DNA of 24,703 nt from a virus. Lineage: Duplodnaviria; Heunggongvirae; Uroviricota; Caudoviricetes. The position numbers and the translations under genes are program-made. The stretch is taken from IMG/VR virus record IMGVR_UViG_2778261164_000008. One strand, 5' to 3'. The notes beneath the pieces were generated by a model that was not told the origin of the DNA, did no database searches, and was given only the letters and a program-made list of their open reading frames with translations. This document shows, in pieces, positions 9,197 through 17,437 of the stretch (positions are counted from its first letter, which is position 1; the number at the start of each line of letters is the position of its first letter).

Positions 9197-9430
9197 ATGC
9201 GCATTGAAATAATGATCGATAAAGAGCAGAAGATTAGCCAGTCTACCCTGGACGCCCTTGAATCCGAGCTTTACCGCAATCTGCGCCCCCTGTATCCCAA
9301 AACGGTAATTCGCATTCGCAAAGGTAGCTCTAACGGTGTGGAACTAACCGGACTGCAACTGGACGAAGAAAGAAAACAAGTGATGAAAATTATGCAGAAG
9401 GTGTGGGAAGACGACAGCTGGCTGCATTAA
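9197..9430 (+). CDS. DinI-like protein
   Basis: ATG at 9197 with GAGGTG RBS; 77 aa MRIEIMIDKEQ...LDALESELYRNL...KVWEDDSW resembles E. coli DinI in length and pattern (MRIEV...ETWE..W). Confidence 0.8.
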   Translation: MRIEIMIDKEQKISQSTLDALESELYRNLRPLYPKTVIRIRKGSSNGVELTGLQLDEERKQVMKIMQKVWEDDSWLH

Positions 9431-9565
9431 GAAACGTTGCTGGCGCCTGAACTTGCTTCTGGCGTCAGCAAGGTTGAACAACGAGCCCTTGCGAGGCGTT
9501 AGCTCTGTAGTGCATGTCTATGCCGCATGAGATCGCATGATCGTTTGAGGATCGTTTTTGCTAAG

Positions 9566-9590
9566 GCCCGCCAGAACTGGCGGGCTTTTG
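9566..9590 (+). terminator. Rho-independent terminator
   Basis: GCCCGCCAG-aa-CTGGCGGGC perfect 9-bp stem followed by TTTT, downstream of the DinI-like gene. Confidence 0.7.
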
Positions 9591-9634
9591 CGTAGATCAT
9601 GCAGGTGCATGAAAACCACTACATAAAGCGGGCA

Positions 9635-9653
9635 GGCGTGGCGGGGATACGAG
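9635..9653. other. Candidate cos (cohesive end) site of the P2/186 type
   Basis: GGCGTGGCGGGGATACGAG; the first 13 nt match the 186 cohesive end as I remember it (GGCGTGGCGGGGA...) and a GCGCGCT block follows, as in the P2 left end. Recalled, not searched. Confidence 0.4.
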
Positions 9654-9692
9654 CGCGCGCTACCGCTTTTAGGATTATGCTGTTCAAAAACA

Positions 9693-9721
9693 TTGACTGC
9701 TATGCTAATTTAAGATTAATC
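9693..9721 (+). promoter_or_regulatory. Weak candidate promoter for the two-gene cargo cassette
   Basis: TTGACT at 9693-9698 followed 16-17 bp later by ATTAAT/TTAATC, upstream of the 9758 start. Confidence 0.3.
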
Positions 9722-9757
9722 CCAAAATGGAAGCAATTATTTTCGTAAGGAAAGAAA

Positions 9758-10576
9758 ATGCGAGTTAATTACGATGTTATTATCAAAAGCGGCGATGATG
9801 AAGTAGATATGGAATACGGTCTCGACACGCTTGCAGGAACTGCAGAGGTTACTTGCTTGTTGGCGGAGGCTATACTTAGGAAAGTAATAATAAAGCGCCG
9901 CTCTCATGTAAATCCTGCAAGGGCTGTACTCAAGAGGAATTTCACCGGTTCTTATGGTCAAAATTTTGACTTGGTTATTAATGATGCTGAACTGGTATCA
10001 GAACTTCGCAAAATATCTAAACCAGTATTTAATGAAGTGATGAGTTTCTTTATTTCGCAATCATTATATTTAGAGAGTCGCGAACTTTCCAATGAAGCGG
10101 AAGAAGTAGTTAAAGGTTTATCGGATATTGAGGATGAGTTGATAGGTCGTATTCGAGCTCCTCTAAAAAGAATGCATGAAATTAATCTCAAAAAAAACTA
10201 TAATATCGAGTTAAACTTTAAACAGCGTGCCCATGATAAGAAAAAAGTAATTGAATTAGATACATCTACTGCAACAAATTTATTCACATCACGTGTTTTA
10301 AAAAAGACTGAAGTAATCAGGGCTTATATTACAAGATTTAATGCTCGCACTGGCAATGGTAGGCTTGTTCTTGAGGGCGAAAATGATACGGTGGCATTTG
10401 GGTTTTATAGCCCCTTACGTGTCATCATTCCAGCTCAAAAAAGAATGATTTCGGCTAACTTACATGTAAATAATCCGCCTTCCACTGCTGGCTATATTTA
10501 TCTTGAACTGACTGTAAGTCGGGTAATAATTAACAGTGGGGAAACTGTGAAATATTTAGTGCATACGGTGCAGTAA
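9758..10576 (+). CDS. Hypothetical soluble protein, gene 1 of AT-rich two-gene cargo cassette
   Basis: 272-aa ORF, ATG at 9758 with AAGGAAAG RBS; AT-rich; no family recognised by eye. Confidence 0.7.
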   Translation: MRVNYDVIIKSGDDEVDMEYGLDTLAGTAEVTCLLAEAILRKVIIKRRSHVNPARAVLKRNFTGSYGQNFDLVINDAELVSELRKISKPVFNEVMSFFISQSLYLESRELSNEAEEVVKGLSDIEDELIGRIRAPLKRMHEINLKKNYNIELNFKQRAHDKKKVIELDTSTATNLFTSRVLKKTEVIRAYITRFNARTGNGRLVLEGENDTVAFGFYSPLRVIIPAQKRMISANLHVNNPPSTAGYIYLELTVSRVIINSGETVKYLVHTVQ

Positions 10577-10577
10577 G

Positions 10578-11324
10578 ATGTTAAAAATAATTTGTTTAGC
10601 TCTCATAATAATAGTTTTGGGGGTTTATTGTATTAAGTTTGGCCCCTGGTACTTAAGTACTCAAGATGCTGATGTTTGGGGGCAATTTGGGGACTTCATG
10701 GGTGGGGTCCTGAATCCTATACTAAGTTTTATCTCGATTTGCCTGCTGATTCGCTCTGTAACTTTACAAGTGCAGTCTAACTCAACATTGAAACAAGAGA
10801 TAAAAAGACAAGAGTTACTTGAAGATTACAAAAAATTTGAAGTGAGGTTTTTCTGTCTAATTGAATCTCAAGATTCTAATTATAATAAATTGCGTATTGT
10901 AATCGGTAATGGAGCAGATAATGATGATGAAAGTAAAGGGGGGGGGACCAAAGAACCTACACTTATTGAGTATAGATCTAATAATGCTATAACTTTCATT
11001 GATGATAACTTGAGCATCTTGGTTAGAGCTGGAATAGAAAAGAAAAGAATCATTGCATGGTTGGAAAGTTTAGATGTTGATGATCATTTTTTCTCTTTGG
11101 TAAGAAGATTTTATCTTTTGGTGAAGTTGATAGATGATAAAGTTGAAAGTGAAAAAAAAGCTGAGCAATATGAGCTGTTAATAAATATGACTGATGAAAA
11201 GCTTTTGACTATGATTGTTATTCTTTGTGAGTATTTTGATTGGGCAAATGTTTTGTATATTAAAAATAGTGGAATCATAGAGCAGGCTAAAATGGATGAC
11301 TATATTTCTAATTATAGAAACTAA
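10578..11324 (+). CDS. Hypothetical membrane protein (2 predicted N-terminal TM helices), gene 2 of cargo cassette
   Basis: ATG at 10578, 1 nt after the upstream stop (translational coupling). N-terminal hydrophobic segments LKIICLALIIIVLGVYCIKF and GGVLNPILSFISICLLI; the rest is charged and soluble-looking. Confidence 0.7.
   Translation: MLKIICLALIIIVLGVYCIKFGPWYLSTQDADVWGQFGDFMGGVLNPILSFISICLLIRSVTLQVQSNSTLKQEIKRQELLEDYKKFEVRFFCLIESQDSNYNKLRIVIGNGADNDDESKGGGTKEPTLIEYRSNNAITFIDDNLSILVRAGIEKKRIIAWLESLDVDDHFFSLVRRFYLLVKLIDDKVESEKKAEQYELLINMTDEKLLTMIVILCEYFDWANVLYIKNSGIIEQAKMDDYISNYRN
10938..10946 (+). repeat. G9 homopolymer tract inside the membrane-protein gene
   Basis: ggggggggg at 10938-10946 (encodes KGGG) inside an otherwise AT-rich gene. 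Confidence 0.9.
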
Positions 11325-11375
11325 ATAACCTCAAACACTTTTTCAATGTTTAAGGTTTACCGGGTTTGTTGTTAT

Positions 11376-12407
11376 TTAATTATCTAAAGTGTATTGGGTG
11401 AATGAAATAATTTTTTCGCCCACCCAAGAATTAACTTCTTTTAATCGCCCTTGTAGATAAATTAATTCATTACGTACAAATACCAGACTGGCCTTCTCCA
11501 CATCTCCAAACCCACCTACATTGCTCGGCATAATCCCCATCATTTGCGGCGGCACACGGTGTGCAGCCATCATGTCGTCCCGGCTCACGTTCTTGATGTT
11601 CAGAAATTCATCCTTCGCTGCGACTTCTGACAGCGGGATGATCTGAAGCCCGTCCTTTTTGCCGTTAGGCGAGTACATAAACAGGTTGCGGAAGTTGCCT
11701 GGACCTTTGGCGCTTTTCATCGCGTTGCGGAGGTTGTTCACATCTTCCTGGTTCTGCGCGGCGTCGGTCATATACATGATGAAGCCAGCATGACTGCCGT
11801 TAATGTAATACTTTCGACGGAACAGCGTGGCGGACTCATTGAGCAGGGCGGACGGAATGGCAGAAAGATAGCCGGGCAAGCCGTAGATCTCCTGGTTAAT
11901 GTCCGGTTCCATCAGATGAAAAATGCTGCCTTTCGTGAACTGATATGGCTGGGTTGTCATACCGTATTGCACAAACCAGTAGGTATCCAGGTCTAACCCG
12001 CGTCGGGTGTATTTTGCCAGCGCAGGCTCAAGGGCGATAACTTCACCGAAGCGGTTCGTGCGTTTCTCCAGGTAGGCGTTACCAAAAACCAGATAGTCCT
12101 GCACAAAACGCGAAAAAGCCTGCTGGCTGAGCAGCGGGTGAGGGATGTAGGTGCTGGTCAAAATGTTGCATTTCACCGCAATCGGTGAGCTGTGATGCAC
12201 GGCGGCGCGGAAGGTTCGTGCCAGTCCGTCAAAGCTGACGGGCGGCTCATACCAGCGATCCATCTGTACGCATTCCACATAGTCCAGCAGTTCGCGGCGG
12301 TCCAGAACAGGAACGGGATCACCGAAGCTGAATGCTTCGGCTGAAGTCTGGCTTTTATGCTGGTTCTGGTTCGTCGACGCAGCGCGGTTCTTCTTACTCT
12401 TTCCCAT
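11376..12407 (-). CDS. Q: Portal protein gpQ
   Basis: 343 aa from ATG at 12405-12407, which overlaps the P stop (TGATG); the track ORF starts one codon earlier at a TTG. Size matches P2 Q (~344 aa); position downstream of terminase P on the leftward strand. Confidence 0.9.
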   Translation of the reverse strand: MGKSKKNRAASTNQNQHKSQTSAEAFSFGDPVPVLDRRELLDYVECVQMDRWYEPPVSFDGLARTFRAAVHHSSPIAVKCNILTSTYIPHPLLSQQAFSRFVQDYLVFGNAYLEKRTNRFGEVIALEPALAKYTRRGLDLDTYWFVQYGMTTQPYQFTKGSIFHLMEPDINQEIYGLPGYLSAIPSALLNESATLFRRKYYINGSHAGFIMYMTDAAQNQEDVNNLRNAMKSAKGPGNFRNLFMYSPNGKKDGLQIIPLSEVAAKDEFLNIKNVSRDDMMAAHRVPPQMMGIMPSNVGGFGDVEKASLVFVRNELIYLQGRLKEVNSWVGEKIISFTQYTLDN

Positions 12408-14173
12408 CAAAAAATCTCCACAATATTGCTGGCATTGGCGGACTCGCCCTGCAGCGGTTCGTTAAACAGTGCGTGCATTGTTGCCCAGGCCAGATCGGCA
12501 TGGCTGGCTTCTTCGCTGCGGCTGGCTTCATAGGTCGGGCGGTTGCCGCTGGCGGTGGTGGCGCGACGGATTGCCATGAATGACTGCGCAATGTCGGTGT
12601 GTCCGGCGTCAAATTCCAGGCGGCGGTGACTGATAATGTCGTAGGCCTTGAGTACCAGGGCGTTTTTAACGTTGGGGTTGTAGACAAACTCCCGGACGGC
12701 AGGAAAAAACGCTTTCACGTTCTCGTAAACCCCGTGACCGACGCCGGTCGAGTCGATGCCGATATAGGTCACGTTATACTGTTCGGTCAGTTTTTTGATG
12801 GCGTCAGCCTGGGCGCGGAAGTCCATTCCGCGCCACTGGTGACGCTCAAGAATGCGGAACTTACCGCCCGGCACGACTGGCGGTGCCACCACCACGCATC
12901 CGGCGCTGTCGCCGTTCTGCGTACCTTTTGCCGGGTCATAACCGATCCACACTTCGCGCCAGCCAAACGGGCGCAGGGCCAGTGCATGAAAGTCGGTCCA
13001 GACTTCCCAACTGTCCACCATGCACGCCTGCAGCTCGCTGAGCGGGAACACGGACGCGAGATCGTCCACGAACTCACACATCAGCAGGTTCTGGTATTCG
13101 TCCGGGCTGTATTCCATGCGCAACTGGTCAAGGTCGAACAGGTTACAGCCGCCGCGCACCGCATCTTCTACGGTGACTATCTGGCGGTATTGCCCGTCTG
13201 CGCACAGCAGGCCGGGGGCCAGATTGCTGTGGGACAGGTCGATGTCCACCTTGTCGGCTTTGTTGCGTCCACGGTTGAACAGCGCACCGGACCAGAACGG
13301 ATAAGCACTGTGGGTCAGGCTGGATGGCGTGGAAAAATAGGTTTGTCGCCATTTTTTGTGAATAGCCATACCGGAAGCCACTTTGCGCAGCTCCTGGAAT
13401 TTCGGTATCCAGAAATATTCATCCAGATACAGGTTGCCGTGGTAACTCTGGGCAGTGCGAGCATTGGTGCCGAGGAAATACAGTGTGGCCCCGTTGGGAA
13501 GCACCATCGGATCGCCTTTCAGCTCCACTTCCACTTCTTTGGCGAAGTCGATGATGTACTGCTTAAAGACGTGCGCCTGTGCCTTACTGGCAGAAAGGAA
13601 AATCTGGTTACGTCCGGTTAGCAGGGCGTCAATCAGGGCTTCACGGGCAAAATAGAAGGTCGCGCCGATCTGGCGTGACTTCAGCAGGTTGCGGATGCGG
13701 TTGGTTTTTCCGGCTTCCCACCAGTGACGCTGGTAGTTGAACATGGAGGAATGGAAGATTTCTTCCAGCTTCTCAATCTGTTCATCGGTGAAAACATTCT
13801 TTTCAGGCTGACGGCGCGGGCCTTTGTTGCGGTTGGCGACGTTAGGGTTTAAATCGGCTTCGTTGCCGCCATTGTTAAACTTGCCGATCCGCGCGTGGCG
13901 CTCCGACTGGCGCGCCAGCAGATCAATTTCTTTGAAATCTTTCCCTTCTTTGTGCTCCTTCATAATGAGCTGGCAGTAACGTGCGGCGGTGGTGAGCTGC
14001 ATCTGATCCAGCGGCCCATAGTCACCCCACTTGTCGCGTTTTTTCCAGCTGTGAACGGTTGCAACTTTCTCGCCCAGCATTTCAGCAATGCGGGCGACGC
14101 GGTATCCCTGAAAGTACAGCAGCATGGCCTGCCGACGGGGATCGAGATCTGCGGGTGTCAGTGTGGTGTTCAT
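12407..14173 (-). CDS. P: Terminase large (ATPase) subunit gpP
   Basis: 588 aa, ATG at 14171-14173; size and synteny with Q, O, N, M match P2 gpP (~590 aa). Confidence 0.9.
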   Translation of the reverse strand: MNTTLTPADLDPRRQAMLLYFQGYRVARIAEMLGEKVATVHSWKKRDKWGDYGPLDQMQLTTAARYCQLIMKEHKEGKDFKEIDLLARQSERHARIGKFNNGGNEADLNPNVANRNKGPRRQPEKNVFTDEQIEKLEEIFHSSMFNYQRHWWEAGKTNRIRNLLKSRQIGATFYFAREALIDALLTGRNQIFLSASKAQAHVFKQYIIDFAKEVEVELKGDPMVLPNGATLYFLGTNARTAQSYHGNLYLDEYFWIPKFQELRKVASGMAIHKKWRQTYFSTPSSLTHSAYPFWSGALFNRGRNKADKVDIDLSHSNLAPGLLCADGQYRQIVTVEDAVRGGCNLFDLDQLRMEYSPDEYQNLLMCEFVDDLASVFPLSELQACMVDSWEVWTDFHALALRPFGWREVWIGYDPAKGTQNGDSAGCVVVAPPVVPGGKFRILERHQWRGMDFRAQADAIKKLTEQYNVTYIGIDSTGVGHGVYENVKAFFPAVREFVYNPNVKNALVLKAYDIISHRRLEFDAGHTDIAQSFMAIRRATTASGNRPTYEASRSEEASHADLAWATMHALFNEPLQGESANASNIVEIF

Positions 14174-14219
14174 GGCACAAACCTACAGCCTTGAATGAAG
14201 GCTTTCCCCGCCTGCGGTT

Positions 14220-14237
14220 TGTGTGGTTGTCGGTACA
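14220..14237. promoter_or_regulatory. Ogr/Delta-type late activator box (TGT-N12-ACA) in the divergent P/O promoter region
   Basis: TGTGTGGTTGTCGGTACA between the divergent P (start 14173) and O (start 14316) genes, about 80 bp upstream of O. Confidence 0.55.
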
Positions 14238-14315
14238 AATACCGCGCATTGTTTCACTGCCCCTATCACCGCAACCATAAGGCTCCAGTAAGTTTTTTCT
14301 AACGGAGCACGGCTC

Positions 14316-15149
14316 ATGACAGTGAAAGCAAAGCGTTTTCGCATCGGGGTGGAAGGTGCCACCACCGACGGACGCGAAATCCAGCGTGAATGGCTGGAAC
14401 AGATGGCAGCCAGCTACAACCCGGCGGTGTATACCGCGCTGATTAACCTTGAGCACATCAAGTCTTATCTGCCGGACAGCACCTTTAACCGCTACGGCAA
14501 GGTGACGGCGCTGTTTGCTGAAGAAATCACGGAAGGTCCGCTGGCAGGCAAGATGGCGCTGTATGCCGACGTTGAGCCAACGGAGTCCCTGGTGGAACTG
14601 GTGAAAAAAGGCCAGAAATTATTCACCTCTATGGAAGTCAGCCCGAAGTTCGCTGATACGGGCAAAGCCTATCTGGTCGGCCTGGCTGCCACTGATGATC
14701 CCGCCAGTCTGGGTACGGAAATGCTGACATTCAGCGCCAGTGCAGCCCATAACCCGCTGGCAAACCGCAAGCAGAATCCCGCCAATCTTTTTACCGCTGC
14801 AGAGGAAACGGTGATCGAACTGGAAGAAGTCCAGGACGACAAACCGTCCCTGTTTGCCCGCGTCACGGCGCTGTTTACCAAAAAAGAGCAGTCCGATGAC
14901 GCCCGGTTCTCTGATGTGCATAAGGCCGTGGAGCTGGTCGCCACTGAGCAGCAGAACCTGAGCGCACGCACCGAAAAATCCCTGTCTGAGCAGGAAGAAC
15001 GCCTGTCTGAGCTGGAGACTGCCCTGCAGGCACAGCAGACCGCCTTTAACGAACTGGTGGACAAGCTGAGTCATGAAGACAGCCGCCAGGACTACCGCCA
15101 GCGTGCAACAGGCGGTAACGCCCCCGCTGACACTCTGACCAATTGCTGA
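14316..15149 (+). CDS. O: Capsid scaffolding protein gpO
   Basis: 277 aa, ATG at 14316 with GGAG RBS; first gene of the rightward late operon, followed by the capsid gene; acidic, coiled-coil-like C-terminal half. Confidence 0.85.
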   Translation: MTVKAKRFRIGVEGATTDGREIQREWLEQMAASYNPAVYTALINLEHIKSYLPDSTFNRYGKVTALFAEEITEGPLAGKMALYADVEPTESLVELVKKGQKLFTSMEVSPKFADTGKAYLVGLAATDDPASLGTEMLTFSASAAHNPLANRKQNPANLFTAAEETVIELEEVQDDKPSLFARVTALFTKKEQSDDARFSDVHKAVELVATEQQNLSARTEKSLSEQEERLSELETALQAQQTAFNELVDKLSHEDSRQDYRQRATGGNAPADTLTNC

Positions 15150-15165
15150 TGGAGCACAAAACCTG

Positions 15166-16224
15166 ATGAAGAAGAATACCCGCTTTGCTTTTAACGCTTA
15201 CCTGCAGCAACTGGCACGTCTGAACGGTGTGGCAGTTGAAGAACTGTCCAGCAAGTTCACTGTAGAGCCGTCTGTGCAGCAGACGCTGGAAGACCAGATC
15301 CAGCAGTCCGCCGCTTTCCTGACGCTGATTAACGTCACGCCAGTGCCTGAGCAGTCCGGTCAGCTGCTGGGGCTGGGTGTTGGCAGCACCATTGCCGGAA
15401 CCACTGACACCACCGCGAAAGAGCGTGAACCTGTCGATCCGACGCTGATGGTCGATGTGGAATACAAATGCGAACAGACCAACTTTGACACGGTGCTGAC
15501 CTACGCGAAGCTGGACCTGTGGGCGAAGTTTCAGGATTTCCAGGTGCGTATCCGTAACGCCATCGTGAAACGTCAGGCACTGGACCGCATCATGATTGGC
15601 TTTAACGGCGTGAAGCGTGCGAAAACCTCTAACCGTAGCGAAAACCCGCTGCTGCAGGATGTGAACAAAGGCTGGCTGCAGAAAATCCGTGAGGATGCAC
15701 CGGATCACGTCATGGGCAGCACCACCACGGGCGGTGAAACCACACCGGGTGCGGTGAAAGTCGGGAAAGGTGGCGAATATGCCAACCTGGACGCCGTGGT
15801 GATGGATGCCGTCAATGAGCTTATCGACGTGGTCTACCAGGACGATGACGATCTGGTGGTGATTTGCGGTCGTGAACTGCTGTCTGACAAGTATTTCCCG
15901 CTGGTCAACAAAGAGCAGGAAAACAGTGAAAAACTGGCTGCCGATATGATCATCAGTCAGAAACGCATGGGTGGCCTTCAGGCCGTGCGTGCGCCGTTCT
16001 TCCCGCCGAATGCGCTGCTGATCACCCGTCTGGATAACCTGTCCATCTACTGGCAGGAAGACACCCGCCGCCGTTCAGTTATCGACAACCCGAAACGTGA
16101 CCGGATTGAAAACTTTGAATCCGTTAACGAAGCCTATGTGGTTGAGGACTACCGCTGCGCCGCACTGGTGGAAAACATCCAGATTGGTGATTTCAGCGCC
16201 GCCGCAGCCGAAACCGGAGCGTAA
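15166..16224 (+). CDS. N: Major capsid protein gpN
   Basis: 352 aa; position and size match P2 gpN (~357 aa). Confidence 0.9.
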   Translation: MKKNTRFAFNAYLQQLARLNGVAVEELSSKFTVEPSVQQTLEDQIQQSAAFLTLINVTPVPEQSGQLLGLGVGSTIAGTTDTTAKEREPVDPTLMVDVEYKCEQTNFDTVLTYAKLDLWAKFQDFQVRIRNAIVKRQALDRIMIGFNGVKRAKTSNRSENPLLQDVNKGWLQKIREDAPDHVMGSTTTGGETTPGAVKVGKGGEYANLDAVVMDAVNELIDVVYQDDDDLVVICGRELLSDKYFPLVNKEQENSEKLAADMIISQKRMGGLQAVRAPFFPPNALLITRLDNLSIYWQEDTRRRSVIDNPKRDRIENFESVNEAYVVEDYRCAALVENIQIGDFSAAAAETGA

Positions 16225-16227
16225 TCC

Positions 16228-16878
16228 ATGAGCCTGAGTCCCGCACGGCAGCATCGCCTGCGCGTTCAGGCTGAACAGGCCGCCCGCGAGGGCGGCAGTG
16301 TTCGCCACGCATCGGGCTATGATCTGATGCTGCTGCAACTGGCGGAAGACCGCCGCCGTCTCAAGGGCGTTCAGTCCACGGTCAAAAAAGCGGAAATCAA
16401 GGTGGAGCTGCTGCCGAAGTACGCCGCCTGGGCAGAGGGTGTCCTGGCTGCCGGAGGCGCTCAACAGGATGACGTGCTGATGTACGTGATGCTGTGGCGC
16501 ATTGATGCCGGAGATTATGCCGGGGCGCTGGAGATCGGGCGTCATGCCCTGCGTCATGGCTGGGTGATGCCGCTGGGTAACCGCAACGTGCAGACCGTGC
16601 TGGCAGAGGAAATGGCAGACGCCGCACAGAGCGCAATGCTTGCCGCCACCGGCTTTGATGCCGATCTGTTGTTGCAGACGCTGGAGCTGACAGACGGTCT
16701 GGATATGCCGGACCAGTCACGGGCGCGTCTGCATAAAGCGATTGGCGCTGTCCTGAGTGAAAGCAATCCGGCTTCCGCCCTTAATCATCTCAACCATGCG
16801 TTACAGCTCGATCCCCGCTGTGGCGTGAAAAAAGACAAACAGCAGCTGGAGCGCAGACTGCGCAATGACAGCCGCTGA
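16228..16878 (+). CDS. M: Terminase small (endonuclease) subunit gpM
   Basis: 216 aa immediately after N; synteny with P2 gene M. Confidence 0.8.
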   Translation: MSLSPARQHRLRVQAEQAAREGGSVRHASGYDLMLLQLAEDRRRLKGVQSTVKKAEIKVELLPKYAAWAEGVLAAGGAQQDDVLMYVMLWRIDAGDYAGALEIGRHALRHGWVMPLGNRNVQTVLAEEMADAAQSAMLAATGFDADLLLQTLELTDGLDMPDQSRARLHKAIGAVLSESNPASALNHLNHALQLDPRCGVKKDKQQLERRLRNDSR

Positions 16879-16972
16879 CAGAACGTGCCCCGCGCACGGG
16901 CGGCACGGGGTGGCGAAAGGCACTGCCACATCAAAACCCCGTCCACCGCCCTCTATTTCAGGAGAAAGCAGC

Positions 16973-17437
16973 ATGAAGTTTGTTGCGCCAGAACAGGCAC
17001 CGGAACAGGCGGAAATCATCAGGAATACGCCGTTCTGGCCTGATGTGAACTTGTCGGAGTTTCGCAGTGTCATGCGTACTGACGGTACGGTGACGCAGCC
17101 GCGTTTAAAGCAGGTTGCGCTGTCGGCAATTTCGGAGGTCAACGCAGAGCTGTATGAGTTTCGCAGACGTCAGCAGATGCTGGGGTATGCGTCGCTGGCT
17201 GAGGTTCCGGCGGAACAGCTGGACGGCAAAAGTGAGCGCATTCAGCATTATTTCAACGCGGTTTACTGCTGGGCACGCGCCATGCTCAACGAACGTTACC
17301 AGGACTATGACGCCACGGCGTCCGGTGTGAAGCGGGGCGAGGAACTGGCGGAAGCAAGCGGTGATTTGTGGCGTGACGCCCGCTGGGCCATCAGCCGGGT
17401 GCAGGATGCGCCGCACTGCACAGTGGAGCTTATCTGA
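16973..17437 (+). CDS. L: Head completion/stabilisation protein gpL
   Basis: ATG at 16973 with GGAGAA RBS at 16961; 154 aa; stop overlaps the X start (ATGA). The track ORF extends upstream to 16865 but that part is Pro/Arg-rich and lacks an RBS. Confidence 0.8.
   Translation: MKFVAPEQAPEQAEIIRNTPFWPDVNLSEFRSVMRTDGTVTQPRLKQVALSAISEVNAELYEFRRRQQMLGYASLAEVPAEQLDGKSERIQHYFNAVYCWARAMLNERYQDYDATASGVKRGEELAEASGDLWRDARWAISRVQDAPHCTVELI

Noticed and set aside
12332-12687. Small ORFs on both strands around the P/Q junction (12332..12583 plus, 12394..12687 minus)
   Set aside because: They overlap the 3' end of the terminase gene and the start of the portal gene in the wrong frames; no independent support.
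12599-13621. 340-aa plus-strand ORF
   Set aside because: Lies entirely antisense to the terminase large subunit gene, which is well supported by size and synteny; typical long spurious ORF in GC-rich coding sequence.
15046-15708. 220-aa minus-strand ORF
   Set aside because: Antisense to the scaffold/capsid junction (O, N); no RBS context and the plus-strand genes are well supported.
16397-16766. Minus-strand ORFs (107 and 70 aa) and 16075..16557 minus (160 aa)
   Set aside because: Antisense to capsid N and terminase small subunit M; Arg/Pro/Ala-rich products typical of antisense reading of GC-rich genes.
16865-16972. Upstream extension of the L ORF (track start 16865)
   Set aside because: Pro/Arg-rich and without an RBS; the ATG at 16973 with GGAGAA upstream gives a product of the expected gpL size.
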